Source of the DNA: Candidatus Binatia bacterium
GTDB taxonomy: Bacteria; Desulfobacterota; Binatia; HRBIN30
DNA length: 64,000 nt
Direction of reading: 5' to 3'
Assembly: GCA_038245295.1 (NCBI GenBank)
Contig: JBBRSP010000001.1
Location: forward strand, 224,001-288,000
In this document: in pieces, positions 32,075-41,724 of the stretch
Position numbering within the stretch: position 1 is the first letter of the stretch
Layout of the letters: every line of letters starts with the position of its first letter
Program-made: the position numbers and the translations under genes
Notes under the pieces: generated by a model
What the model saw: only the letters and a program-made list of their open reading frames with translations
What the model was told of the DNA's origin: nothing
Databases searched by the model: none

Positions 32075-32605
32075 TTACTTCGCGGGCCGCAGCTTGCGCA
32101 GCAGCGCCTTGTGCACACCCTCCGGCACAAGGCCGTGGACGTCGCCGCCGAGGGCCGCGACTTCCTTGACGAGCCGCGACGACGTGTACGAGTGGCTCTC
32201 GCCAGTCGCCATGAACATCGTCTGGATATGCGGCTTCAGGTGGCGATTCATCATCGCCATCTGGAATTCGTATTCGAAGTCGGAGATCGCCCGCAGCCCG
32301 CGGATGATGGCGTTGGCGCCGACGCTGTCACAGTAGTCGACCAGCAAGCCGCCGAACGAGTCGACGCTGACCTGGTCGCCAACGTCGGCCAGGGCCTCGC
32401 GAATCATCGTGATTCGTTCCTGGGCGGTGAACAGGGCACTGGTCTTCTTCGGATCGCTGGTAACCCCGGCGACGGCGATGATGACGTGGTCGAACACCTG
32501 AATGGCGCGTCGCACGACGTCGACGTGCCCGTTGGTGATCGGATCGAACGAGCCGGCGTAGATGGCGCGCCGGAGCGAGGTGTCTGTTTTCTTGTTTTGA
32601 CTCAT
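32075..32605 (-). CDS. coaD: Phosphopantetheine adenylyltransferase
   Basis: AIYAGSFDPITNGHVDVV, IIRGLRAISDFEYEFQMA, SSRLVKEVA. Confidence 0.97.
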   Translation of the reverse strand: MSQNKKTDTSLRRAIYAGSFDPITNGHVDVVRRAIQVFDHVIIAVAGVTSDPKKTSALFTAQERITMIREALADVGDQVSVDSFGGLLVDYCDSVGANAIIRGLRAISDFEYEFQMAMMNRHLKPHIQTMFMATGESHSYTSSRLVKEVAALGGDVHGLVPEGVHKALLRKLRPAK

Positions 32606-33156
32606 GTTTGGTTCACGAACAAAGCGAGCGCCGTATATCCATAGGTTCGCTGATGCGTCAATCGGAGTTTTCCATACTCTTCCGCAACCGGTTCGCGTTC
32701 ATGGTGCTCACACATCACCCAGCCGCCGATGACGCAAAGGTTGGTGTCGGCAATGAGCTGCAGCGTTGATGCGACGAGCCCGCACTCGTATGGCGGATCG
32801 AGAAAGATCCCGTCAAAGGATTCGGCTGCTAAGCGGGGCACGGCTGTGGCGACGGTCGAGCGGACCAGCGTGGCGCGATCGGTCAAGCGGCAGGTGGCGA
32901 GATTCTGGTTGATGATGTCGGCGGCGGCGTTGGAGTACTCGACGGAGGTCGCATGCGCCGCTCCGCGGCTAAGCGCCTCGATGCCGAGGGCGCCGCTACC
33001 GGCGAACAGATCGAGAATGCGCGCCCCCTTCAGGTCGAAGCGGCTGAAAAGAATACTGAATGCCGCGCCCTTTACCTTGTCCGACGTCGGGCGCGTGGCG
33101 CTGCCTCCCAAAGCCTGCAGGCGCCGCCCGCGCGCCTCTCCGGTGATGACTCGCAT
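32602..33156 (-). CDS. rsmD: 16S rRNA (guanine966-N2) methyltransferase
   Basis: MRVITGEARGRRL, TRPTSDKVK, LDLFAGSGALGIEALSRGA, FLDPPY; upstream of coaD. Confidence 0.95.
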   Translation of the reverse strand: MRVITGEARGRRLQALGGSATRPTSDKVKGAAFSILFSRFDLKGARILDLFAGSGALGIEALSRGAAHATSVEYSNAAADIINQNLATCRLTDRATLVRSTVATAVPRLAAESFDGIFLDPPYECGLVASTLQLIADTNLCVIGGWVMCEHHEREPVAEEYGKLRLTHQRTYGYTALALFVNQT

Positions 33157-33180
33157 GGCCGCCAACCTTCATCGCCGCAC

Positions 33181-33504
33181 TCAGCCCACGGGGTGAGGGT
33201 TGTCGTCGCGGAGTTCTTTGTCGAGCGGCAATGGCCGGCTGCGTGCGACGAGAAAATCGATCGCGCCGAGTGCCATCGACAGCAGCATGAGACCAACCAT
33301 CGGACCACCCTTGAGGTCATGCAGGCTGCCGCCTTCGGACATCAAAAACAGCGCGACGGCAAGGGCCCCGAGGACGATTGCCGGGTAGACGAAGACGTTG
33401 ATGCTGACCTTGAGACCCAAGACGCGGGCGACCAGCACGAAAAGCGTCAACAACGTGAGCGACGTGAAGAAGTAGTAGGGAACAACGATTAAAGCGTGCA
33501 ACAT
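33181..33504 (-). CDS. Hypothetical small membrane protein (about 3 TM)
   Basis: ATG 4 nt after the upstream stop; three hydrophobic segments. Confidence 0.65.
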   Translation of the reverse strand: MLHALIVVPYYFFTSLTLLTLFVLVARVLGLKVSINVFVYPAIVLGALAVALFLMSEGGSLHDLKGGPMVGLMLLSMALGAIDFLVARSRPLPLDKELRDDNPHPVG

Positions 33505-33508
33505 GAAT

Positions 33509-34594
33509 TCACCACCCGGCCAGAACGGCGGCGCGTTCGCGATGGAACGCGGCATCACCCAAGAAGCCGCGATCAAAGACGCTGCGGCGGAACCATAAGT
33601 GCAAATCGAACTCCCAGGTGAATCCGATGCCACCGTGTAGCTCAGTCGTGTCGCGGGCGACGCGATCGTACAGATCACTCATGTGGGCCTTCACCATGGC
33701 AGCGTGACGTTCGGACTTGTCCGGGATGCGGTCGAAGGCATGGGCCGCGTACCAGTACAACGCCAGCGACGGCTCCAGCTCACAGGCGAGGTTGGCAAGC
33801 TGGTGTTTGACGCTCTGGAAAGCACCGATGATCTGGCCGAACTGCTCGCGTGTCTTGGCGTAGTCGACGGTCATCTCCAAGCATCGGCGCGAGCCACCGT
33901 ACGCGTCGGCGGCAATCAGAACGCAGCCGGCATCGAGCATCCGTTGCGAGGCGCTGTGATCGCCGACTTTGACGGCCGGCGTGTTGTCGAAGCGCACGGT
34001 CTCCAGGCGCCGTGTCATATCGACGACCGACAACGCCTGCGTGGAGATGCCCGCGGCGCCGCGTTCGACCAACCACAGGCCCGTTCCACTGTCGTCGTTG
34101 GCGGCGACCAGGATCGCGTCGGCAATGCTGGCATAGGGCACGAATGGTTTCTCACCGCTCAACCTGCCGCCGCTCACCGTGGCCTTGAGCCTATCTACGC
34201 TCCATTCGCCGTCGGCTTCGCCGACCGCGATCGTCAGGATTGCTTCGCCATTGGCTATCTTGGGGAGCCACGTTTGCTTGACGGCGGCGTTGTTCCCTTC
34301 GACCAGGCCAATGGTGGACATGCTCGAGCTCAGGAATGGACCCGGAGCAGCGGCATAACCAAGCTCCTCGGCGGCGAGAGCGAGGTCAAGCAACTCGAGC
34401 CCCGAGCCGCCCTGTTCGGCGGGGACGATCAACCCGGCAACCCCCAGATCAACGAGGCCTTGCCATAACGTGCTGTCGTGCCCGCTATCGCTTTCCATGA
34501 CGGTGCGCACGCGTGTCGTCGGACACTGCTCGTCCAGAAAACGCTTGATGGTTTGCTTGAGCAGAACCTGATCTTCAGAAAGGCCGAAATCCAT
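33509..34594 (-). CDS. Acyl-CoA dehydrogenase, probable non-catalytic subunit of a heteromer
   Basis: MDFGLSEDQ, REQFGQIIGAFQSVKH, LHGGIGFTWEFDLHLWFRR. Confidence 0.9.
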   Translation of the reverse strand: MDFGLSEDQVLLKQTIKRFLDEQCPTTRVRTVMESDSGHDSTLWQGLVDLGVAGLIVPAEQGGSGLELLDLALAAEELGYAAAPGPFLSSSMSTIGLVEGNNAAVKQTWLPKIANGEAILTIAVGEADGEWSVDRLKATVSGGRLSGEKPFVPYASIADAILVAANDDSGTGLWLVERGAAGISTQALSVVDMTRRLETVRFDNTPAVKVGDHSASQRMLDAGCVLIAADAYGGSRRCLEMTVDYAKTREQFGQIIGAFQSVKHQLANLACELEPSLALYWYAAHAFDRIPDKSERHAAMVKAHMSDLYDRVARDTTELHGGIGFTWEFDLHLWFRRSVFDRGFLGDAAFHRERAAVLAGW

Positions 34595-34613
34595 GGGTAT
34601 CCTCGTTCTCTGA

Positions 34614-35843
34614 CTACTTGCGGCTCGCAGCCTGATCGCGTGGTAGCCCGAGGCCACGTTCGGCGATCACGTTGCGTTGGATGTTGGCGGTACCGCCGGC
34701 GATGAGCACGCCGAGCGACCAGAAGTAGGCGGTGATGAACATGCCCATGGCAGGAGCGGAGGGCTCGCCGGGTGCGAGCATGCCGCGATCGCTCAAGAGA
34801 TCCATGGCCAGCTTGCCGACATCGTAACCGAGTTGTGTGCCGTACAGTTTGCCGACCAGGCCGGTGATCCCAGGGTCCTCGGAACGCGCCTGCATGGTGA
34901 GCATCCGGTGGCTGGTGTACTCGTTGGCGAGCACTTTGGTTTCGAGCTCGACAATCTTGTTGCGGATCAGTGGGTCCTTGATGGCGAGTTGGCCGCGCAG
35001 GTTGAGGGCCTGCGCCATCATGATCACACCGTCGAGAGTGCGCTTGCTGAGCATCGAGCTGCCGATCAAAGCGCGCTCGTGTTTCAAGGTGGAGCGGCTG
35101 ACGACCCAACCGGTGCCGCGTTTCCCGACGATGTTCTTGGCCGGGACCTTGACGTTATCGAGGAAGACTTCGTTGAAATCCGACTCACCGGTGATCGTGC
35201 GCAGCGGGCGAATGGTCAGGCCCGGTGTCTTCATATCGATCAGCAAGTAGCTGATGCCTTCGTGCTTCGAGGCTTCCGGCTCCGTGCGCACGAGACAGAA
35301 CATCCAGTCGGCCGTGTGGGCCGTGGTGGTCCAGATCTTCTGCCCATTGACGATCCAGAAGTCGCCTTCGAGAACACCCTTGGTACGCAGGGAAGCCAGG
35401 TCGCTGCCCGAACCAGGCTCGCTGTATCCCTGACACCACATAATCTTGCCGAGCAGAGAGTCACGAATGAATTTTTCCTTCTGCTCCTCAGTGCCGTGTT
35501 CGACCAGTGTCGGCACGAGCATGCTGGGGCCCTGGCCCATGAGCTCGCCGGGAGCTTCGGCCTTGCGGAACTCCTCGTGGATGATGGTCGAGCGCAGCGG
35601 ATCGAACGGTTGCTCGCCGCCGCCGTAGCGCTTCGGAACGTGCCGATAAAGATAGCCGCGTTCAATGGCCTTGAGCCGAAAGGCGCTGGCGCGATCATCG
35701 GTTCGAACCAGCGACCCCAGGCTCATCGAGCGCGGATCAGGCGGCGGCGCGCTGTTGCGATCCTCGTCGGTCCAGCTTTCCTTGAGGAACGCGCGCACGT
35801 CTTTGCGGAACGCCTCATACTCGGCGCTAAAACTCAGATCCAT
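34614..35843 (-). CDS. Acyl-CoA dehydrogenase, probable catalytic subunit
   Basis: WCQGYSEPGSGSDLASL, NGQKIWTT, FNEVFLDNV, TLKHER, IAGGTANIQRN. Confidence 0.92.
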   Translation of the reverse strand: MDLSFSAEYEAFRKDVRAFLKESWTDEDRNSAPPPDPRSMSLGSLVRTDDRASAFRLKAIERGYLYRHVPKRYGGGEQPFDPLRSTIIHEEFRKAEAPGELMGQGPSMLVPTLVEHGTEEQKEKFIRDSLLGKIMWCQGYSEPGSGSDLASLRTKGVLEGDFWIVNGQKIWTTTAHTADWMFCLVRTEPEASKHEGISYLLIDMKTPGLTIRPLRTITGESDFNEVFLDNVKVPAKNIVGKRGTGWVVSRSTLKHERALIGSSMLSKRTLDGVIMMAQALNLRGQLAIKDPLIRNKIVELETKVLANEYTSHRMLTMQARSEDPGITGLVGKLYGTQLGYDVGKLAMDLLSDRGMLAPGEPSAPAMGMFITAYFWSLGVLIAGGTANIQRNVIAERGLGLPRDQAASRK

Positions 35844-36218
35844 TCATACCCTCCGCCGCGGCTGTTGATGTCGAGCAATCACGGTCGCTTAGCCCACGCC
35901 CGGTGCACGGGCAAGACACTCGTCATTTCGCCATTGGTAAGCGGGCCATGCCGCTGCCGCGCCGCGGACCCTCACTTTCAACGATTGCGGAATGTCGGAT
36001 GAGACATTGGCCGGACAACGAAATAGTGAGGTGATCAAATGACTGGGCTGCCAAGCTTTTCTTGCGGCTAAGTTTGATTTGCCCCCAATGCAGCGGGCAA
36101 TGGAATCAACGTGAACGGTGATCTGCCGCACTAAGCGCAAAGACTTGTTTGCGGGCGGAGCGCAGTTCGCAAGCTGCGTTGTCGCGCTTTGTTGTGTCTT
36201 CGTAGCTCCGCGACAAGT

Positions 36219-36234
36219 TGGCACCAGCCTTGCA
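36219..36234 (+). promoter_or_regulatory. Sigma54 promoter
   Basis: Exact consensus TGGCAC-cagcc-TTGCA; palindromes AATGTC-N6-GACATT (35991-36008) and TTGTCGCG..CGCGACAA (36179-36216) upstream. Confidence 0.85.
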
Positions 36235-36261
36235 ATATCCATCTGTCAGGAGGCTACGAAA

Positions 36262-36363
36262 ATGCAATTCGACATGACCGCGCAGCTGATGCCGATGTTC
36301 TGGACGCTGGTCGCTTTGATGGTGGTCTCTGGTGTGTCGCTCTTCGGAGCACACAGCCACTAG
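36262..36363 (+). CDS. 33-aa single-TM small protein
   Basis: AGGAGG RBS; MQFDMTAQLMPMFWTLVALMVVSGVSLFGAHSH; first ORF after the sigma54 promoter. Confidence 0.65.
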   Translation: MQFDMTAQLMPMFWTLVALMVVSGVSLFGAHSH

Positions 36364-36409
36364 GCTTGGTTGCGAAGAGCCAACCTCCTCGCGACCTTGA
36401 GAACGGAGA

Positions 36410-36658
36410 ATGACGATGTTCACACTACCCGGTTTTACTCTGGCGCCCATTTTGAACGGCTTCGGCGCGTTCGTTCTCCCGACGATCGACGGTGCACTTT
36501 ATGGTTGGTTCTTGATCGCCGCATTGGTTGTCACCGCATTCGGAATTGCGCGCAGCATGACGAGCGCCGACGTCGCCACCCCGGCGGTACAGAGGCCGGC
36601 GGAGCCTCGGCGCGACAATCTCGTAACGATCGATCTGCCGCGTCACGCGGCGGCTTAA
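36410..36658 (+). CDS. Small membrane protein (about 80 aa)
   Basis: GGAG RBS, hydrophobic helix YGWFLIAALVVTAFGIA, followed by a strong hairpin. Confidence 0.65.
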   Translation: MTMFTLPGFTLAPILNGFGAFVLPTIDGALYGWFLIAALVVTAFGIARSMTSADVATPAVQRPAEPRRDNLVTIDLPRHAAA

Positions 36659-36666
36659 CCCTCCCC

Positions 36667-36705
36667 AGGCGGTCCGCGCGTTCCCCCTCACGGCGCGGGC
36701 CGCCT
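36667..36705 (+). terminator. GC-rich hairpin after the small-protein operon (no U-tract)
   Basis: AGGCGGTCCGCGC / GCGCGGGCCGCCT stem with a C-rich loop. Confidence 0.5.
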
Positions 36706-36733
36706 CTCCCCCGACACACTCACAGCGGCAAGG

Positions 36734-36773
36734 ATTTGGTCATTTGGCGATTTGGTCATTTGGCCATTCCGTC
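36734..36773. repeat. 8-mer tandem repeat (ATTTGGTC-type) x5
   Basis: ATTTGGTC ATTTGGCG ATTTGGTC ATTTGGCC ATTCCGTC. Confidence 0.85.
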
Positions 36774-36831
36774 GTTCGGCGCTCTTCGTCAGAGAGTTGG
36801 CCGTCTCGTCATCGAAACGGCGGTGCCGGCG

Positions 36832-37773
36832 CTACGTCCGGGTAGCGGTGATGGCGACGTACTGGCTGTGTTGATGCACGGCTGTGTGGGCGCGGGTTGA
36901 TACGATAAATTCTTCCCAATCGTTGTCGGTGAGTGGTCGCAACAGCGGATTGTAGACTCTCAAGATGCGCCGTCCGACGTCGGTGCGCGCCAGTAAGGAA
37001 ACCGAGCGCATGGCGATGGCCAGCGGGGCCGTCACGTGTGCCGACCAATCGTGGTGTGAGTCGATGACGAACCCGTGCTGACCCAGCAGCGCTGTGTATC
37101 CAGAGACCGTTTCGAACGATTGCCAGCCCCAGGTACGCCGCGCGTATTCAACATTGGCTGCCCCGGCCCGGGTGGCCGAGTCATCGTTACGCCAGGCGAA
37201 GTCCACGACCACCAGTCGGCTTCCCGGGTTCAGCAAGCGCGCCATCTCGGCGACGAAACGGCGGCGATCGAGAAAGTGAAACGCCGCTTCGATGCACAGC
37301 GCTGCATCGAACGAGCGGTCGGCGAATGGAAGGCGAGAGGCATCGGCAGCGACGTAGTTCAGATTCGGTGTTCCACGATAGAGCACGTCGGCGACGCCAA
37401 CGTTGCGCGGCAGGATGTCGCAGCCAATCACGCCGACGGCAGGATCCGACGATGCCGCGACAAACGACGAGGCGCCGCGGCCGCAGCCGAGGTCGAGCAG
37501 TCGTTGCCCCGGTTGCACACGCGCCAGGCGCAGGCTGCGGCGAACCAACGCCGACTGCGCCACCTGCAACCGGTAGTAGGGAAGATAAGCGGCGCCGCTG
37601 AGCACGAAGTTCAGGAAAGCAAGCGCGCCGCCGAACGGGTAGTAGCCGAGGTTGAGCAGCGGGCCCCAGCCGAAGGCGCGCAAGACGCGGAAGGTTACGC
37701 TCGAGCCATCGTATACATGCGCCATTGTCACGCGCGGGTTTGTATCAGTCACCGGCGCGCCCTCTATAAGCAT
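36832..37773 (-). CDS. Class I SAM-dependent methyltransferase (sterol/tocopherol-MT-like)
   Basis: LNLGYY, LLDLGCGRG, ADASRLPFADRSFD, IEAAFHF, RLLNPG; start may be 37725. Confidence 0.88.
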   Translation of the reverse strand: MLIEGAPVTDTNPRVTMAHVYDGSSVTFRVLRAFGWGPLLNLGYYPFGGALAFLNFVLSGAAYLPYYRLQVAQSALVRRSLRLARVQPGQRLLDLGCGRGASSFVAASSDPAVGVIGCDILPRNVGVADVLYRGTPNLNYVAADASRLPFADRSFDAALCIEAAFHFLDRRRFVAEMARLLNPGSRLVVVDFAWRNDDSATRAGAANVEYARRTWGWQSFETVSGYTALLGQHGFVIDSHHDWSAHVTAPLAIAMRSVSLLARTDVGRRILRVYNPLLRPLTDNDWEEFIVSTRAHTAVHQHSQYVAITATRT

Positions 37774-37884
37774 TGGTTGCGGAGGTCAATTAGAATGGCT
37801 GCGCCCCTGCTGGCTTGGCGATGTGCAAGCTGGTATCGCCTCCCAAGAGACAGGCGTCGTGAGTTTGGGAGGCAAAGGACAGTC

Positions 37885-39501
37885 ATGAGCGTTTACAGCG
37901 CTGATCCGTCGCTTACGCAGCAGATTGAGCGTGTCGCCGAATACATCGACGGTTGTGGCCTGACGGTCTGCCCGCGGCAGCGCCACCCCTTGCGCAGCGA
38001 GCTGGTGGCCCTGTTGCAGCGCCGAGCTCCCCAAGCCGTCGACGACTGGATCAAGCAGATCGGTCCGGCGCTCAAGTTGCCGCAGCCGCAGTGGCCGGAG
38101 ATTCGGGCCTGGATCCACGAAGCCGTGGCGCGCTGGCTGGCTCATATCGAGGATCCGCAGAACAACGAAACGTATGTCTACCTGCGCAACCACGCGCGGC
38201 GTGGTTTCATCTCCCATTTCCCGGCGTCACGTTTTCTCTGCAGTCAGATGAAATTGCAGCAAATCATGACCGATTACCTGATCCAGGATGTAGGTGATGC
38301 CGAGCACGGGCCCGAATTGTTGGCGCTTTGCCAACAGGAGTTCTACGAGCGCATCCTACATGTGACCGACTTCTTCGTCGAAGGGCGTGAGGATGATCTG
38401 CGCCAGCAGGAGGCAAGTTACCGACAAGCGGTGGACAATGCCCCGGCGGCAATCTTCCGCGTCGATCGCGACTACTGCGCCATTCTGGGTGCCAGTCTGG
38501 TGGCGGAGCGACTGATCGGCCTGACGGCCGATCAGATGAACGGGATGAAGATTTGGGACTTGATGCCACTCGAGGATCGACCGCGCGTCGTCCGGGTGCT
38601 CGACGAGACTCGGCGGCGAGGGCATTCTCATCGCGAGGACATGCATCTGTTGCGTCGCGATGGCGAGACGGTACCGGTATTTTTCAACGCGGGACTGATC
38701 GAGTACGGTGATCAACATTTTTTTCAGGTCATCTGCGTCGACATTTCGGATCGCAAGCGGCTCGAGGGCCAGCTCATCCAGTCGGAGAAGATGGCTGCCA
38801 TCGGTCAGCTGGCGGCGGGCATCGCGCATGAAATTCGCAACCCTCTCGGCATCATCAACAATGCCCTCTACGACCTGGGCGAGATCGTCGACGGCGAGAA
38901 TCCCGATGTGAGAGAGGATCTGCGCATCGCCAAGGAAGAAATGGATCGCGTCCAAGAGATCATCAACAACCTACTCGAGTTTTCGCGTGAATCGCGCGCC
39001 GAGTTGGAGGCCGTTGATATCAACGAGTTGCTGCGCCGCACGATTCAGTTGCTGCAGCGCAGCCTGCAAAATAGTGGCATTCGCATTGTCACCGACTTTG
39101 TCGAACTGGGCTCCTGCAGTGCCAATCGCAATGCGTTGCGCCAGGTGTTTCTCAACCTCATCGCCAACGCCGCACAGGCAATGCCGCAAGGTGGCGAGCT
39201 GCGCCTACGCACGCGTTTGACTCTCGACGGTCGGATCACCATCGAGGTCGTCGACTCCGGTGTCGGCATAGCGCCCGAACATTTGAACAGCATCTTCAAT
39301 CCGTTCTTTACGACAAAGGAGCCGGGGCAGGGTACCGGCCTTGGCCTCTCGGTCGTCCACTCCGTTGTCAACCGCTACGGTGGCGAGATTCACGTCGAGA
39401 GCCAGATCAATCGTGGCACGACGTTCCGGATCGAGTTCCCTTGCCCCTGTGAGGATGCCGGCCAGCCGATCGTCACCTCGAAAATCGCCGCCCTTGGCTA
39501 G
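37885..39501 (+). CDS. Cytoplasmic sensor histidine kinase (helical N-domain, PAS, HisKA, HATPase)
   Basis: QSEKMAAIGQLAAGIAHEIRNPL, QVFLNLIANA, DSGVGI, FFTTKEPGQGTGLGL; AAGGA RBS before ATG 37885. Confidence 0.93.
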   Translation: MSVYSADPSLTQQIERVAEYIDGCGLTVCPRQRHPLRSELVALLQRRAPQAVDDWIKQIGPALKLPQPQWPEIRAWIHEAVARWLAHIEDPQNNETYVYLRNHARRGFISHFPASRFLCSQMKLQQIMTDYLIQDVGDAEHGPELLALCQQEFYERILHVTDFFVEGREDDLRQQEASYRQAVDNAPAAIFRVDRDYCAILGASLVAERLIGLTADQMNGMKIWDLMPLEDRPRVVRVLDETRRRGHSHREDMHLLRRDGETVPVFFNAGLIEYGDQHFFQVICVDISDRKRLEGQLIQSEKMAAIGQLAAGIAHEIRNPLGIINNALYDLGEIVDGENPDVREDLRIAKEEMDRVQEIINNLLEFSRESRAELEAVDINELLRRTIQLLQRSLQNSGIRIVTDFVELGSCSANRNALRQVFLNLIANAAQAMPQGGELRLRTRLTLDGRITIEVVDSGVGIAPEHLNSIFNPFFTTKEPGQGTGLGLSVVHSVVNRYGGEIHVESQINRGTTFRIEFPCPCEDAGQPIVTSKIAALG

Positions 39502-39527
39502 CGCGACCGGGTTCAGCGGAGCTACTG

Positions 39528-40886
39528 GTGCGAGGTTTTGTGCACACCTTGTTGGTCGAGGACGAGCCCAACATGGTTCGGACCCTGGCGAAGATCCTCG
39601 AACGCCGTGGCTTTCGCGTCGACTCGGCGGCGAATGGCGCGGAGGCTTTGCCACTGCTCGAACAGAGCACCTATGATCTCCTGATTACGGATCTGAACAT
39701 GCCGGTCATGGACGGCATGCAGCTTCTGCGCGAAATGCAGACGCGCGGCATCTCGTTGCCCACGATCGTCCTGACCGGCCACGGTTCGATCCAGTCGGCG
39801 GTCGAAGCCATGCAGCTTGGAGCCGGCGATTACTTGATCAAGCCGTGCGACCCCGACGAGCTCTTGCTGGTCGCTGAGCGATTGCTCGAACTGCGGGATC
39901 TGCGCCGCGAGGTGAAGCACCTGCGAGCCGCGGTGCGCCGCAGCAACGACCACTTCGGCCCGATGGTCGGCAAGAGCGCCGCCATGCGCGACGTCTATCG
40001 TACCGTCGACGCGGTTAGTCAGAACAAGAGCAACGTCATCATTCTTGGCGATAACGGTACAGGCAAAGAGCTCGTCGCACGCACGTTGCATCAACGCGGC
40101 GCATGGGCGGACAAGCCGTTTGTCGCGGTGAACTGCGGCGCTTTGTCCGAAACTCTCCTGGAAAGTCAGTTGTTCGGCCACCGCCGCGGCGCCTTTACGG
40201 GCGCCATCGAAGATCATGACGGCGTCTTTCTCGCCGCCAGCGGCGGTACTCTGTTTCTCGACGAGATCACCGATATCCCCGCGGCACTGCAGGTGAAGTT
40301 CCTGCGAGCCATCCAAGAGAAGGAAGTCATGCCGCTCGGTTCGAGCCGTTCCCTGCGGTTCGACGCTCGCCTGGTGGCGGCCACGAATCGCGATATTGAG
40401 GCGATGGTCCTGGCTGGTCGCTTCCGCAGTGATCTCTATTATCGCCTCAACGTCGTGACGATCACGCTGCCACCGTTACGCGAGCGCCGTGACGATCTCG
40501 AGGTTCTCATTGAGCATTTCGTCGAGCAGTTCAGCCAGTCGTACGGTGTGCAGCCACGCCAGGTGACGCCCGAAGCGATGCGTGCCTTGCAGGCGTATTC
40601 CTGGCCCGGGAACGTGCGCGAGCTGCAAAACGTCATCGAGCGCGCTTTTGCGTTGTCGGTGTCGAGCGAGATCAGTCTCGACGATTTGCCGCTATCGGTG
40701 CGTGCGCCGATCGACACTGCGACGGCGGCGGTCCTCGGCGACTCCCTGTCGCTTGGTGATCTCGAACGCCGGACGATCGCTGCGGCGTTGCAGCGTAGCG
40801 GCGGCAACAAGAACGAGGCGGCGCGGTTGCTCGGCATCGAGCGCCAGAGGCTCTACCGCAAGATGGAGAAGTACGGCCTCACGTGA
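39528..40886 (+). CDS. Sigma54-dependent response regulator (NtrC/AtoC family)
   Basis: REC (LITDLNMP), GDNGTGKE, LFGHRRGAFTGA, WPGNVREL, Fis-type HTH. Confidence 0.95.
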   Translation: MRGFVHTLLVEDEPNMVRTLAKILERRGFRVDSAANGAEALPLLEQSTYDLLITDLNMPVMDGMQLLREMQTRGISLPTIVLTGHGSIQSAVEAMQLGAGDYLIKPCDPDELLLVAERLLELRDLRREVKHLRAAVRRSNDHFGPMVGKSAAMRDVYRTVDAVSQNKSNVIILGDNGTGKELVARTLHQRGAWADKPFVAVNCGALSETLLESQLFGHRRGAFTGAIEDHDGVFLAASGGTLFLDEITDIPAALQVKFLRAIQEKEVMPLGSSRSLRFDARLVAATNRDIEAMVLAGRFRSDLYYRLNVVTITLPPLRERRDDLEVLIEHFVEQFSQSYGVQPRQVTPEAMRALQAYSWPGNVRELQNVIERAFALSVSSEISLDDLPLSVRAPIDTATAAVLGDSLSLGDLERRTIAAALQRSGGNKNEAARLLGIERQRLYRKMEKYGLT

Positions 40887-40956
40887 GGCTCCGAGCCGCG
40901 GATGGGTTGACCCTCCAGGGGCTTACTGCGACAACGGCGCCGCTTTGACGTACCGC

Positions 40957-41700
40957 ATGAATTTACGGCTCCTCGCAATCCTTGTCCTCGGCACCGTCTG
41001 CTTCGTTGGGGGCTGCGGCACGTCCGGCTCCAATCCGGTTGTGGTCCGCGAATTGCGGTTTTCGATCGTCAGCGCCGATGGCGCCGCCCCTGACGTCGGT
41101 TTCGAGGTTGCCGAGGTTGCGGCCGGCGGCCGCTCGGACACCTCACTGGCCGGCTTGGAGATGCATACGAGTGGCGTGTTCTCGATTTTCGTCGAAGGTG
41201 CCGATACTCCGTATCGCCTCACTGTGATCCAGCGTGGGCCGCATCCGGTTCACGTGCGCGCTGGTCTAACAGGTGGCCCGCTGCCGACACCGAACGTCGG
41301 CGAGATTAATGATGCCGTTACGACCGGCGACGGTACGTCCGCCACCATTGGCGCAGCTGGAATTACCGTGGAGCCGGCGCGTGGCGCGGTCCGCGTCGAC
41401 GTTTGCTCACCGCTCAGTGGCGCGTGTTCGATCCCGGACAATCTTGGCGTTCCGGGTGTCGATTTCTCGGGAACGATTGGTGACACCGAGACGACGCGGC
41501 TGATCGGGCGTCTGACCAGCACGGATCCGCCGGTGACGGCACCAGCGATCTTCCTGCTGTTCGCGGCCCGCGACACCTTGAGTGCGGTGCTACGTTCGAA
41601 CTCCAGCCAGCCGCTGCGCGGCAGCATCGTCATCGATGGGCGCATCGTCACAACCGACGAGGCGACGACGCACGACGTTGTCCTAAAAGCCGACTTGTGA
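40957..41700 (+). CDS. Hypothetical lipoprotein
   Basis: MNLRLLAILVLGTVCFVGGC lipobox-like signal; beta-rich mature part. Confidence 0.65.
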   Translation: MNLRLLAILVLGTVCFVGGCGTSGSNPVVVRELRFSIVSADGAAPDVGFEVAEVAAGGRSDTSLAGLEMHTSGVFSIFVEGADTPYRLTVIQRGPHPVHVRAGLTGGPLPTPNVGEINDAVTTGDGTSATIGAAGITVEPARGAVRVDVCSPLSGACSIPDNLGVPGVDFSGTIGDTETTRLIGRLTSTDPPVTAPAIFLLFAARDTLSAVLRSNSSQPLRGSIVIDGRIVTTDEATTHDVVLKADL

Positions 41701-41724
41701 CGACGCGGCCAAGTCCGCGTGTTC

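Noticed and set aside
37075..37884. 270-aa N-terminal extension of the kinase ORF (similar extensions on hppA, GT2 at 51807 and SDR at 4311)
   Set aside because: Overlaps opposite-strand genes or intergenic DNA; downstream starts fit the domain boundaries, several with a clear RBS
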